A stretch of DNA of 64,000 nt, from NCBI GenBank assembly GCA_010015805.1, contig ML978122.1, forward strand, positions 62,001 to 126,000, written 5' to 3'. This stretch comes from Rhizodiscina lignyota. Its lineage: Eukaryota. Numbering within the stretch: position 1 is the first letter of the stretch; each line of letters opens with the position of its first letter. This document shows, in pieces, positions 35,280 through 48,589 of this stretch. The notes below the pieces were generated by a model. The model did not search any database. It worked only from the letters and a program-made list of their open reading frames with translations, and was not told the origin of the DNA. The translations under genes were made by a program, and so were the position numbers.

Positions 35280-38200
35280 ATGCGGCTGAAACCTACCCGG
35301 ATACTCTTTGCCTCGTCATCGGCAAAGAAGTCATGGTCGGGCACTCTCCACCTCCCGCGCTCTGCCTTTCCTGCTCGTCCACAGCGCCAGCAGCAAGCCC
35401 CGCTCCTTCGTGCAGTTACCAATGATCTGTACAAGTATAACATCTCCCGGCCTGAATGCGAAACGACCGGTACTTTTGTCCTCCACGATGGCCCTCCGTA
35501 CGCGAATGGCCCGTTACATATCGGCCATGCGCTGAACAAGATATTGAAGGATGTGGTCAATCGGTTTTGGCTGAGCCAGGGGAAGAAGGTGAAATACGTG
35601 CCTGGGTGGGATTGCCATGGCCTCCCAATTGAGATCAAGGCTCTTCAGAGCCAGTCAGAGTCGGGAGAGCAGATGGAACCCGTCGCAGTACGGCGTTCCG
35701 CACGAAAACTGGCAGAGATGACGGTAGAGAAGCAGATGGAGGGATTTCGAAATTGGGCGGTAATGGGAGACTGGGAATCTCCTTATAAGACCATGGACAG
35801 AGACTTTGTGCTGAGGCAATTGGAGGTCTTCAAGGCCATGCTAGAAAAGGGTACGAGAGCATCACCAGAGAGCTGAGGGCCGCTTCGATAGTCATTCACG
35901 AGGTCAGTCTCACGGCCCTTCGAATTGCATCGTTGCGGTCCTCCAACTCCGATAGGCTTAAGATGCAGACGACTGACATCATCAAGGTCTTATCTACCGC
36001 CAGTACAAACCAGTGTATTGGTCGCCTTCCTCTGGCACAGCATTGGCTGAAGCAGAGCTGGAATATGAAGACGATCATCGCTCCACCGCAGCGTTTGTGG
36101 CATTTCCGTTAATGGAGAGGGCTCCTGCCTTGCGGAGAACACCACTGTGGAGTAATGTATATGCTGTCATTTGGACAACTACACCGTGGACTCTACCAGC
36201 GAATATGGCAATTGCTCTCAATTCAGGTCTGTTCTATCAGGTCATTGAGGTCACCCACTCAAGTGGAAGGTGAGTATTCTTTTAGTCGCCACGGTGTGAA
36301 TCCCGAAGACATCTGACAGGCCGTAGAGTACAAAAGCTGCTCGTTGAGGAGTCTCGTGTCAAGCATCTGATTGAGCACCTCGACGATGTCCAGACAGTAA
36401 CAGTACTTATATACTCAATCTCGGGCCAAATAATACTCGGGACGAAGTATCACAACCCGCTGGTCCCAGGTTCCATCCAAGAAATCGTGCATGCCGACTT
36501 TGTAACCTCCTCCTCTGGAACTGGGCTTGTACACCTGGCTCCAGGGCACGGAATGGAGGACTACGACGTCTGTTCCAAAATTGGTATTTCTGCATATGCC
36601 CCTGTCGATGGAAATGGTAAATTCGACGGCTCCGCACTGCCATACAATCTTGCATCGCTCTCGGCGAAGACCGTTCAGGGCGAGGGAGTCATTGCAGTCT
36701 TAAATCTTTTAAATGATTTCGGCAAGCTTTCCCAAGAAAACTTCTTGTTAGCATTTCATGAGTTTCGACACAAGTATCCGATTGACTGGAGGACGAAACA
36801 ACCCGTCATCATTCGCGCCACGGAGCAATGGTTCGCAGATGTCGATGGCATCAAAGAGAGCGCGCTCAAAGCTATCGAGGAAGTTAAATTTATCCCGCCG
36901 ACTGGACGCGCTCGACTGGAAAGTTTCACAAAGAGCCGAGCGCAGTGGTGCATCTCTCGTCAAAGGTCCTGGGGCGTGCCTATTCCGGCGCTGTATCGCA
37001 TATATGAAGACCGTCAAGAGGCCGTCATGGATTCAGAGATAGTGTCCCACATAATGAATGTCATGCGTGAGCGCGGAACGGATGCTTGGTGGACTGACGC
37101 TGAGAGTGATTCAGCCTGGATACCAGATTTTCTGGTTGGCAAATATGCTCGCGGGAAGGATACCATGGATGTTTGGTTCGATAGCGGGACAACTTGGACA
37201 TTACTCGACAAATCCGACTTGCCCGCAGACGTCTACTTGGAGGGAACAGATCAACATCGTGGATGGTTCCAATCCTCTCTGCTCACATACGTCGCAGATC
37301 AACAAGAGCCTGGACGGCCTACGACAATTTCCGCTCAAGCACCATTCAAGACCTTGATCACACACGGATTTACGCTTGACCAAGACGGCCGCAAAATGAG
37401 CAAATCCCTCGGTAACACCATCTCGCCCGATGAGATTATAAACGGCAGCTTGCTCCCTCCACTCCAACTCAAGAAGAACAAGAACAAGGCCCGGCCAGAT
37501 AAGGGACTGGAGACCCCTTCGTACGATGCAATGGGCATCGACGCTCTACGCTTATGGGTCGCAAGCAGCGATTACACACGAGACGTCGTCATCGGCACAC
37601 AAGTACTACAATCCGTTAATTCGAGCCTACGGAAATTGAGAATCACGTTCAAATGGCTGTTAGGTGCATTAGCAGACTACGATCCTGATGCATGTCTTCC
37701 AGGTCCTCCTCTCGATGATACACTAGCTGATCAGATTGCTTTCCGGCATCTACAAGATGCGTCACACTCCATTCACCAGTCATACCAGAACTACGAGTTC
37801 TTCAAAGCCATGCAGAGACTGGACAACTACATCAACAACGATCTGTCCGCGTTCTACTTCGAAGCCATCAAGGACAGGATATACGCCGGCATTTCAGCAG
37901 ACCGCAGAATCGCGCAGGAAACCCTGCACGCCATCTTCCGGGAGCTGCTCTTCATTCTCGGCCCAGTGACGCCAACGATGGTAGAAGAAATCTGGTCCCA
38001 CATCCCCCCAAAACTAAAATCATCCCATCCATTACAGACACGCTGGATCCCTTTGTCGCCTAATGGTGCATCGAAAGAGCTTTCTCGCAAGATGGCAGAA
38101 CTCGCACCCGCTCGCGAAGCATTCCTCGTTGTCGCCGAGCAAGCCCGCCGCTCCGGCAAAATTGGGAGCGCGCTCGAGTGCGACGTTGAGATCGTGTTGC

Positions 38201-38562
38201 CTGCGTCATATCCTCAGGAGATACATGAGCACCCAGCGCTCTTCACTTCTGACAACATGGCTGACCTGGCGGCTATATTTGTCGTTTCGGACGTGCGGAT
38301 TTGCGAGGAAAAGAGCGAGGAGCAGCTGCTGCACCTCGGACAGAAAGAGTGGAGCTTCGAGGCGCCGTTCACGATACCCCCTGAAGCTGGGTCTGGGTCT
38401 GAGAGAGCGAAGCAAGGGAAAATCGTGGTGAGGAAGGCGATGAGGTTCAAGTGTGATCGGTGTTGGCGGTATGTGGCGGAGCAGGAAGAGCAATTGTGCG
38501 AGAGGTGTGAGGAAGCTGTCTGGGAGGTGCAAAGTTCGGACGCATCTAGGCATGGAAGCTAG
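35280..38562 (+). CDS. ISM1: Isoleucyl-tRNA synthetase, mitochondrial (bacterial-type)
   Basis: HIGH, GWDCHGLP, WTTTPWTLP, GTGLVH, WCISRQR, KMSKS and a C-terminal CDRCW...CERC zinc finger. Basic N-terminal presequence. Introns 35851-35986 and 36270-36326. Confidence 0.93.
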
Positions 38563-38866
38563 TCCGGGAGGCACAGGTGAATATGTACGATATTAGACGA
38601 GAGTCGCTATGCCATTCCCTGTACTTATAGGTCTTAATGCCATCTACCCTCACGCCATGCGTCGAACGAGAATGAAAGGCAACTGGCAAAGGCGCATAAC
38701 CAAACCCAAGCAACATCCGCCAATAACTGCGGTGACACCTCCATCAATAGCCGCAGGAAAGGATAGGGGAAAGTAAAGTAAGAGGAAAGAGGAGGGAGCA
38801 GAATCGAAAGGGGTATCTAGATCTATCCATTGCATCGACACCTTTCGCTATGAAGTGTCTCGAATT

Positions 38867-40746
38867 TTACTGAGTCTTGTCGGACGAACGGTTGAAGAAG
38901 TGCCCGTGATGAGCATTCGAGCCCTCCTTCTCCTTGTCGACAGAGCTCGAAGAGTGTGACGGATCCTTGGACCGCTTGGACTTCTTATCCTTCTCTTTGT
39001 CCTTCTTTGCGGCGGCTTCGGCCATGAGCTGTTCGAAAGCCATGAAATCGCCCTCTTCGTCAGGATCGCGCTCAGCCTGTTCACCAAATCAGCCATATTT
39101 CAGACCAGATATTGAATCGAAAACAGAACGACGGAAAACATACCTTCGCAAAGATTTCTCCAACAATCATCAATGCCTGCGCCCTCTCAACTCTCTTCTC
39201 CAGCTTGACCGCCTTGTCCTCCAGCACCTTGTTACACACATCCCTCAGCACGCCCTGAATCTCGTACTTGCTGCCTCTCCATGCCGCCGCAAGAATCTTC
39301 CCCGTAACCTTCTTCTCATACTCCGCCTTCTTCTCGTCCGTCCAGTCCTCGCCACCACGCTCCTCCATCTTCGCCATCTCCTCCATCGTCATCTGCGCGT
39401 CTATCGCCGTGCTGATCGTCGTCCACGTCTCCTTCGCCAATGTGCCCTTGTCTTTTAACCTGCTAAAGAAACCGCTGATGCCGAGGAACTTCTGTGACTT
39501 GAGGAAGCTCGTGGCCTTCTGTATGTACGTCGCGCCGATGGCGTGCAGGATCTCGATGCCGAATGACTCCATCTTGAGGTTCTCAACCTCGAGCGTCGTC
39601 TTGTCCTTGAAGGCTTTTGTCACGTCAGCGCCTTTGTCGGTCTCGGTCCACAGGCTGATGCGGTTGACGAGCTTCTCGGCGAGTGTAGCGACGCGCTCAT
39701 CGCGAATCTTCTTGCGCTCCATTTCGTACGCGTAGAGCTCTTCTCGTTGTTCCTTTGAAAGGCCGCCTTTTCGCTTCTGCTTCTCGCGAAGCTCCTTCTC
39801 GCCTTCTGTGACGCCGGCAGCGTCAAGGCGGGCCTCTTCTTCTGCTGCTGCGGACTTGTCCATGATGGCGGGGCGAACCGGTATCCCTCTGGGCGTGTTT
39901 GTACCTGAGTGCGATGGTGAAGGTGAGCCGGAGGGTTTGGGGCTGAAGCTGGCGCTGGCGCCGGCGCCATCCTGCTGGACAGGCGTTGATGCAGCTTCCG
40001 GCGTGTCGACGGATACGGATGGAGGTGGTGGTGCAGGATGTGCAGAAGATGCTGCAGCTTCAGGAGCATTAGCTTCAGCAGCCTTGCCTTCCGGAGCCTT
40101 GTCTTCCTCCACTTTGGCAGCTTCCTCGGCTTTTGCAGCCTCCGCTTGCTCTTCCTGGCTCATTGTTATATCCATCGTCTTCGTGAGGTCTTTCATGAGG
40201 GAGATTTCGCCGATCCTATTTCCACATCAGTGAACAATTTATGCGGCTTGACTCGCTGCAGTCTTTCCGTACCAGTCATTGAATGCATCGCCACCAAAAA
40301 TCATCGAAAAGAACTCCGCCGGATCCTCTGCGCCGCATTAGCCAAATTCTCGCAAGTCCCAAGCATCTCATCCATACCAAACCCAGATTGTGGAACAGCT
40401 CCTTCCTTGCCATATTTGTCGTAATTTGACCGCAGGCCTTTATCGCTCAGTACTTGGTATGCTTCTCCGATCTAATTGAAGTTAGTAGCTGAGAAGGCGT
40501 CTGGAGCTCGGAGTGCGCATAGGGAACGTACGGCTTGAAATTTCTCATGTGCAGTCTCATCGCCCGGGTTCTTATCTATCATGTACTTTAGCACCAACGC
40601 AGCTCAAGTCATCTTTGTGATGTTGTTTGCGAGGCCGTACCTGGATGGAGCTTTATGGCGAGCTTGCGGTAGGCCTTCTTGATTTCGAGCTCTGAGGCTG
40701 TCGGAGGCACCTGTAGCGCGTCGTAGTAGGCCGTGTCGACAACCAT
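38867..40746 (-). CDS. DnaJ co-chaperone with DnaJ-X domain (Djp1/Caj1-like)
   Basis: N-terminal J domain [11 protein letters not shown]...[14 protein letters not shown], split by several introns. DnaJ-X motifs [15 protein letters not shown] and [23 protein letters not shown]. Confidence 0.9.
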
Positions 40747-41301
40747 TTTGAATTTTGCGTAGGAGAAAGATGCAGTAGGGGCGGAGCGGGGCGGAGGTGA
40801 AGATGTTTAAATGTTGTTGCATGTGCTGGGCAGAAACATCACCCGATGACGCTGTCTGTGGCTTGGCGGCTCGTGCAAGAGCGAAAGGCAAGGCTGAAGC
40901 ATTACGTTCAAGGCAAAATCTGCGTAGGCCCTCAAGACACTACGTAATGAGTAGCTAGGCAAATTGAGACGATGTTGGACCCGGTTCGCAGAATACACTT
41001 TGATTTTTATTATGCGCCTGGTGAAAATCTACTATCGTACAGATGCCATCCAACCAGCACGCAAGAGTAACTTTCAAAATCAGGTATCCTATGCTGGGTC
41101 CATAGAGCCCCACATTGAGGGAGCTAAGCAAGTCGACGCTTGCCGAAAATAATCCAGATAAAACACCGCTGCGTGCAAAAGGAGCATTCAGAGGGCCACA
41201 TGTTCCACCTCTGATATCATTATGCTCGTGTGTCGTGATAGAAGGAACAGCCCTTGTTCCCCATGCCGTGAGAACCCATAGCAAGAAACAGACGCAATCG
41301 C

Positions 41302-42215
41302 TTAGACAGTGAACTTGGCCTTTGCGCGCGTGCTACCGGAGTGGGCAGCATCCGCGTGTCCGGAGAACTCGACAACGTCGCCGTCACCAACGGAAAGGGC
41401 CTCCTTGAAGCGCTTTCCAATCTTCAGGAGAGTCTCCGCATTTCCGGCCTTTCCAGCATTCGCATTCTTGCCACGCTCCGGTGAGCCGGTCGTCCTCGTC
41501 CAAAGACCGATACGGTAGAAGCCCTTGCGGACATTGACAACCACACCCATGACCTCACTGTCGTTCTCGTCCTCGAGAGTCTCGCCGATTGCAGCGAGCA
41601 TGACGTGGAGCCAGAGCGCATCGATGTTGATAGTCTTCTTGTCCTTGAACTGGAATGCCCACTTGCCACCGTGTTTGTTCTGCGAGTCCTCCCACTCCGG
41701 TCGGACGCCAGTCTTGAAGAGGTGATAGTCGGACTTCATCGCGAGTTCGGAGGCAGGCGTGATGTTATTCTAATGATGACAAGGTCTTAGTGTCTCGCAC
41801 AAAGATAACTCGCGGACCTACGTGGAGGACTTACGTAGATGCCCCAGAACTCTTCCACAGAGTCGAAGCTGATGACCTCCTTAAGAAGCTCGTTCCAGTT
41901 GTCGCCCTGCAATTATAAAAGTTAATCTCACTTTAATGCGGTGGGGAGATATACATAGAAGATGGCACTTCAGAACGGACATACTTTGCCACTTGGAGGT
42001 TTGGTGAACCACAGCGTCCAGGAGTTCATAAGCGGATGCTTGACGTTGAAGTTGTCCGGGTCGTGAAAGACCGTCACCGGCTCGCCATCAACATACTCCG
42101 ACGGCTGGCCATCTGCGCCAGTGATGCCACCTTCTGGCGAGACGGGGATGGTGTCGAGGGGAACAGGAGAGGCTGGGTTGACCGCAGCTGGGCCAGGAGA
42201 AGCCAGACTAGCCAT
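41302..42215 (-). CDS. Eukaryotic translation initiation factor 4E
   Basis: KHPLMNSWTLWF, (V)EEFWGIY, DYHLFK.GVRPEWED..N..GGKW and RIGLW. Two introns. Confidence 0.96.
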
Positions 42216-43214
42216 TGTGAGTAGTGGAGAGGGAGTCTTCTTTTTAAAGAGGGTGGCGAGAAATTACGGCGTTGAAGAAGTAGAGGTCCAGTGAGGTTGC
42301 GCCAGGCAAGTCACTGGGGAAGAGGGATGAGAATGAACGGTAGAGGTCGTCGCGTATTTGGGAGGAAGAGGAGCAAGATGTGAGAAGGCAGATGTGGGTG
42401 GAATATGAGGGGGTCCCTTTAAGTGCTGTGCTTGCTACGGAGGTGCAGTGCTCTTGCGCGCAAAGTGTGAAAAGTCGCGACTGCTTGGCGCGGAGAAGGC
42501 AAGGTCTTTCGGGCAGCCACAACGCACATCGGGACAGTTGCATCTCCACCTCAGCATCGGGCAGCACATTGATTGGCATTATTCGACACGCTGTTCTACG
42601 AAGACACCAAGAGAGTGAGTCCATGTTGGACTTGAGAAAACCGATAGAAAGGGGAAGCAGATCCTTCACGAGGTCAGTCTGGCCAGCTGTTTCCAACATT
42701 TCCCACGCATCAAATAGTAGACCTGTCCACGGCTTCATAGATGGCGCCAAAAGTGAATTGAGCCTGTGCCGTAAGTTCATTCATCAACAGCCAGGTCACG
42801 GTGCACTACGCAGGTAGGTTGGACAAATGTTTCGATCGTGCCTCTGCAAGTTCCAACGAAATACGTGCATAGCCGACTTCGTCGTGACTCTGTCAATCAC
42901 CAGTCAATCGACAACCGGTACTTAATCAGATATGTTCGCATAACTGCCTCCCCAGTGCAATCAATTGCACCAACCACACCACGAAGCAGCCTCGTCGCCG
43001 AGCAATGCGACTCCATGTAAGCACATCTTCGGCACAACCACGGCCATTGAAAAGGCCGAATTGCAATTTGACATCCGTGCTAGATGAGGATGAGGACAGG
43101 AACAGAACAGCGCAAAAGCTCATTATACGTCTGGCGTGAGAACGCGGTTACTGTGACCCGGGGGAATATGTAGGGGGTATTATGTACAGAAGGGAGGTCA
43201 ATCTTCGATGCTCT

Positions 43215-44832
43215 CTAGAGTTCCCCGTGCGCGGGAGAGGGTTCAGCACCCTTCTCCGGATATGGACCTGGCGCGTTGCCGCCAGTGAGGGTGGAGTAGA
43301 GGTGCGCAAAGGCCAAGTCGAAGCGAGCGCCAGCAAACCAAGCTACCACAACCTAGCATGTAGTCAGCCAAGTGTACATGTGAAGAGGAGGTGATAGCGA
43401 AAGACTTACCATCATGAGAGTGACAAAGAGCAGGGTCGCGCCAACTGCTATGCCCATGTAAATCATATCCCATTTGTCTTCCTCTTTCTCCTTTTGCTTC
43501 TTCGCCGCCTCCTCTGGGCTAAGATTCTTCGTATCTGCAAGTTCCTTCTTCTGGCCAGGTTTCTGCGTTGGGAAGATGGTTTCGATGAACTGCTCTATCT
43601 ATGGAAGAAATAAGTAAGCTCCCGGTACATGCTGAAGGGCGTAAGTATACGTACTTTACCACAGGCAATGCTGATTTGAAGGAAGTTTGGATCTCTCGGA
43701 TCGTTCTTCTTGTGGATCAACTTGACATATCGCTTGAAAACGTCGCATAGCACCTGCAGGTTTTGGGAGGAGTCGACCATGAGCTGGCATGCTGCGCCCT
43801 TTGTGATCTTGATATTTCGCTCGAACATGGTGGGATTTCGGAAGCAAAGTTCGCAGGTAGCGATAGCCATGGACTGCGGAATTGCAGCGAAATTGAAGAC
43901 ACTCTGGTCACGGATACCAGCCAGATAGTGAAGACACTCTGGAACGCGGTTCAAGCCAAGGAGAATCATTTCGGAGGAACAATTCATTGCGGCGTCCTTG
44001 TTTTCCGGCTTGATGAGGTCCTCGAAGTTGTCGACGTACTTAGACCAGACTTCCTTTGGCCAGAACCGACGCTTATCGTCAAAATCTTCTCTGATGTCAC
44101 GTATGATATTGACCTGTTGCAAAAATTGTCCCATTGACTCGTGGAGGTCTGGTCGCTGCAGCAGCATCGGGTTGGCAAGCTTGCTCTCGACGAACAATCG
44201 GGTCAGGCCCTCGCCGACGAGGCCGGCAACGTAGTGACAGTACATTTCATAGTCCTTGATGGTGATTGCCCAATCCGGGTTCTTCTCCGTCCTTTGACAG
44301 CTCTCAGCCATACCCTCGCCCATCCTCTTTGCAATATCTTTAATGATGACCTGATACGGCTCCTTGATCTTCTTGAACTCTGTGACGACCACTGAGAATT
44401 CCAGCAACAGATCTCTGTCTTTCTCTTTAGCATGATTGCCGTCGTATGTCCAGCCGTCCTGATACAGTCTCTCGTGGAAGGCGCGAAGCTCGGGGCATTT
44501 GCTGTCTAGTGGGATTGTCATATCATCTTCAATAGTATCCAACCCTCTCAAGACCAAGTAGAATAGGCATACGGGGACAAGAAGCTCGGGATTGAGCTCC
44601 TTGATGACCGCAGAGAAGCTTCGGCTCGTCTTGTCGAGGAAGTAGAAGCATCGTTGAAGCTCCTTGGACTCCTTTGTAGGATCACGCTCATGAACTGGCA
44701 TGTGCCATACCGTCCTAACTAATGTCAATTGTCATGCATTCGCTAGAGGAAGCGTGAGGAGTACCATTGTATGATCGAACGCAACTCGCTGGGGTGGAAG
44801 GTATAGTAGGCGATACTCTTCAAGCTAGGCAT
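43215..44832 (-). CDS. ERG9: Squalene synthase
   Basis: [40 protein letters not shown] and [10 protein letters not shown], plus a C-terminal TM helix. Three introns; protein ends HGEL. Confidence 0.96.
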
Positions 44833-46976
44833 CTTGAATTCGGCGCAGAGAACCTTGCGCAAGGGGTTTTCGGGTGATAGATTGGTGGAAAATTATCTCG
44901 AGGGTCTTGACGTCCTCATCACTGCCTCATTGAAGTTCGTACAGTTCGTTTGAGCGCAGTGCAGGTGTGTGGAAGAAAGTCCCTGCAGATGCGCGTCGCT
45001 CTCCGCATTTCGACTGGACCGTGCCTTGGCTTGGCGTTCATGAGTCGTGACTTCGCCGCCCATGTCAGGCTCGGCATCTCTCCTTAACGGCTCTTAGGCG
45101 ATCCAGTTCATCTCTCCTCACTCCCTCCCCCTTTCCACCTCTCTTCGTACCGTTGTGCAGCTCATGGCCCTATTCACTGTGCTTCACTCTTCCCTGTCTA
45201 CGTATAGGCTCGGGGACGGCCACATCGTATGACATTGAATCAGCTAGTGGACATACTTTGTTCTTTTCACGTTCAATTGGTTCCATCAGTGACTATGCAT
45301 GAGGTCCTCCAATGTATTTCATAGTATCAGCTACTGGAGCTCATCACAATTAGTGGATGTAAGGTAAGTTGCCGTTCGGTCCTACTCTCATTGTGCGGCA
45401 AGACGGGGCTTTGAAATGTGACGGCCACATTCAATTTCGCGAGAAGCCGAGATGAGAGCAATGGAATGAAGCAATTCTTGGGAATCCAGAGGTAGCCGCC
45501 ACCGCTATCTCGCACGAGAAAACAATCTTTTGCACAGCAGCCGCTGATCCGATTCTGGTCTTGCTAGCGAGTTGCGCAGCGAGGCAATCCCGAGTTTCTT
45601 TCCTCCAGTTATCGAAAACACCAGCGAGGTTATCTCCAGGCGAGTATAGCCTTATTGCTTCGTTAAGTGACAGCGACAGCAGCAATCCATCTGCAAAGCA
45701 TTTGACAACGCGCAAAAGAGAGGAGATCGGAAGACAGACGGGAAGAATGTTGCGGATAACGATCAAGGGTACGGAGTACTCTACCGTGAATGGAAGTCTC
45801 TCGATGTCATGAAGCCACAAGTGCTCCACCACTATTGCCGCGTTCGAGTGTCGCGCGGCTCGAAGGCTGTACGCCCGGGATTGACCGATCAAGAAAGCTT
45901 CTACGTAGTTGTAGACCTCTATCGGGCTTGGTCGTTGTAAGATATACGAATATTCTCTTCTCAGCTCTCCATCTTGAGACATCGCGGCCATCGCCGGCAT
46001 GCAAGGCGCCCTTCTAGATGGTCCACCGGCGGAATGCGGATGCATCCATCAACACAGCATTTGAGATATCCCCACAAACTGGAACTAAGCGCCGATTGAT
46101 GTCTTGGCTGTTCATATTGCAATGCAATTACTTTACTCTATTTTTGTGCAACCGAAATGAATCCGCGACCCATCCAGCGACATGAAGCGCAACCGTTATA
46201 GACTTCAAGTTCCTTTACATGAATGATTTGTCTAGTGGCACAGAGATCCAAGACATCTGTTGCTTTTCACCGGCAACAATAATAGCAATATGCAGGTACA
46301 TGTTGTTCTCCTGGAGCTCTAGATCTCCAGAACAGGGATCTGACCCCAAAATTCGCGTCTTCCAAGCACATCGGATTGTGCGCATTCACTTTTACAAATG
46401 ATCGTAAAGTACTGAGTAAGCCGTACGACGGCCGCTTCTACAGCATGTCAGCTTATATAGACATATCTGCGAGCAACCGCCAATGCCTTGTCGAATACGT
46501 AACAGATACAATGTGTGATTGGAAGCAGCTCCGATCGATACCAACCGTACCTGGCTCCCTCATGTCCTCATATTGCCCATTCGGGACAAATTCTTTACCT
46601 CTCCCGTACATGCCATCTCAGTTTTTGGAATATTAAACCGCCATAGTCCTTTTTCGGCGCCGTGATTAGGATTTGCGCCCCTACGAACAACATCTCTTGC
46701 TCCTTTTCGCAGCCTTCGCCGTTCCGCGGAGGATTCATTCGTTCAAACTTGCCGTGTTGTTCAATCTTCTCAGCACTTCAGTATTGTGACAAATTTCTTC
46801 ATTTGATCTGACAACGGTGAGAGCGGCTGCAGTTGGATCACGATGGTATTCGGCAGCATGTTCATTTCGAGTCGTGATATAAACTTATAAAGGGCCAAGG
46901 GAACAGTCAATAATCAGGTTCAGCAAGCGCATACTAATCATCTCGTCGCTCATTCTATTTCTAAAAGTCATTCACC

Positions 46977-47447
46977 ATGGTCGGAATCTCAGGTCTCCTC
47001 AAATTCTCTGCCCTCTTCCTCCTTTCGGTTGGCATCAACCACGCCGCCGCTCAGAGCGACGATGACGGCGACATCATCAACTGCGTTCCCGCCGGCCGCT
47101 TCGGCAAGGCGATTGACAACAAGAAAGCCGAGGCCATTGTCGACGAGTACTTCCGCCTCATCTGTCAGAGCAACGCCGACGCACCATTCTCTCTGAAGGC
47201 TTTCGAGGGTGTCGATGTCACCTTCGACGGCCTCCTCCTTACCTTCGTCAACGAAGAAGACAGTGTCGCCACTCCTCCAAACTGCGGCGAAACTGTCGAC
47301 GACTTCAAGAAGCTTCTCGCCAAGTGCTTCAGCGGGAAGACGAGGAGTGTCAAGGGTAACCTGATTGAGACTGCTGGTGGCCTTGGGAGGAGCAACTACG
47401 TCATCGAGTCACTTCCACTTGCTCTCGAGGAGTTGCAGCATGCTTAG
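46977..47447 (+). CDS. Small secreted Cys-containing protein (156 aa), effector candidate
   Basis: Hydrophobic signal peptide ending AAA-Q, four Cys, upstream TATAAA, CACC-ATG start context and C-rich third codon positions. Confidence 0.75.
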   Translation: MVGISGLLKFSALFLLSVGINHAAAQSDDDGDIINCVPAGRFGKAIDNKKAEAIVDEYFRLICQSNADAPFSLKAFEGVDVTFDGLLLTFVNEEDSVATPPNCGETVDDFKKLLAKCFSGKTRSVKGNLIETAGGLGRSNYVIESLPLALEELQHA

Positions 47448-47542
47448 AGGGACAAGGTGTAATTCGGTCAGTAGTATATATTGTAAATATAAATGTCAGC
47501 AGCCACAGGAGTTAATGAAGCTGTACTGAGAAATCTAGAGCA

Positions 47543-48589
47543 TCATGATTTTGCGGCCAATGCTTTTGCACCCTCTTCCATTGCCAGCGTCATACATGCT
47601 CCCACAGCAGCTATATTACCCGAAGAAATCGCCTGTGCCACTGATTTGTATGGTGTTGTCGTATCTCCTGCAGCAAAGATACCCTTGACACTCGTCTGAT
47701 TGAACTGGTCTTTCAGAGCGACTTCTCCACCTATCTCCATCGCTTCATTAACCGGCGCTCGCTCAATTCCCAGCTGGTCAAAGAGATTATTTGCTCGGTT
47801 TACCGTCCTTGGATGATGAAACATCATGCCGCACCTCACTTTCTCGCCACCTTCGAGTTCCACTGAGATGCCATTCGCCGGGCCTGGCCCATTGTCTATG
47901 ATGCGGCGTACTCGGCGCTTCTCCACCCTTGCTCCTAATGCCTCTAACGTCCTTAAAGCTCCGAATGTTGGTTCGTCAGAGGGTGAATCACCGTTCATGA
48001 AGATTATCACGCGGTCGTCGAACCGAAGGCCTGCGAATCCATACGTCTGGTACATCGGACTTGGAAAACCCAGGATGCCGACAGAATGACCTGAGTCTTC
48101 TAAGCCATCGCAAAAAGGGCATTGGTAGCTGCCACCATCAGCGTATGGCAAGCTAGATCGCAAGGAGACTTACATGTGATGCGGCCAATTCTCTTTGTAT
48201 CCTTCAATGTCTTCGGGCATGACATCGATGGACCCAGTTGCCAAAATGACTTTCTTTCCCCTCCACGTACGGCCATTCTCATCCCGTAATTCGAATGCCG
48301 CACCAGTGTCATCACCAAGCTCGACCTGAGCTGCCGACACAACATTCCCTTCCTGGAATTCGATCGTCTTGTATCGCGACAATAGCTGTTCTCGTGCTAT
48401 TTTGCGGAAATCCTTTGGATCTGCATGGTCGAAGCCTGGGACCATGTGCATTGCATGGGCGCCAGCATTGCGATACGCCTTCGAGTCGAATACAACTGCA
48501 GAGCGACGAAGACGAACTAATGTCGCAGCAGCAGTCAGTCCAGCAGGACCACCACCGACAACAAGACAGTCGTAGATTTTCGATGTCAT
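47543..48589 (-). CDS. GliT-like FAD-dependent thiol-disulfide oxidoreductase (thioredoxin reductase family)
   Basis: GGGPAGL, VILATG, I|YQCPFCDG (CxxC) across intron 48173-48129, and TSVKGIFAAGD. Confidence 0.88.

Noticed and set aside
45431..46045. 204-aa minus-strand ORF upstream of ERG9
   Set aside because: No recognisable motif or splice support; cannot be called a gene from sequence alone.
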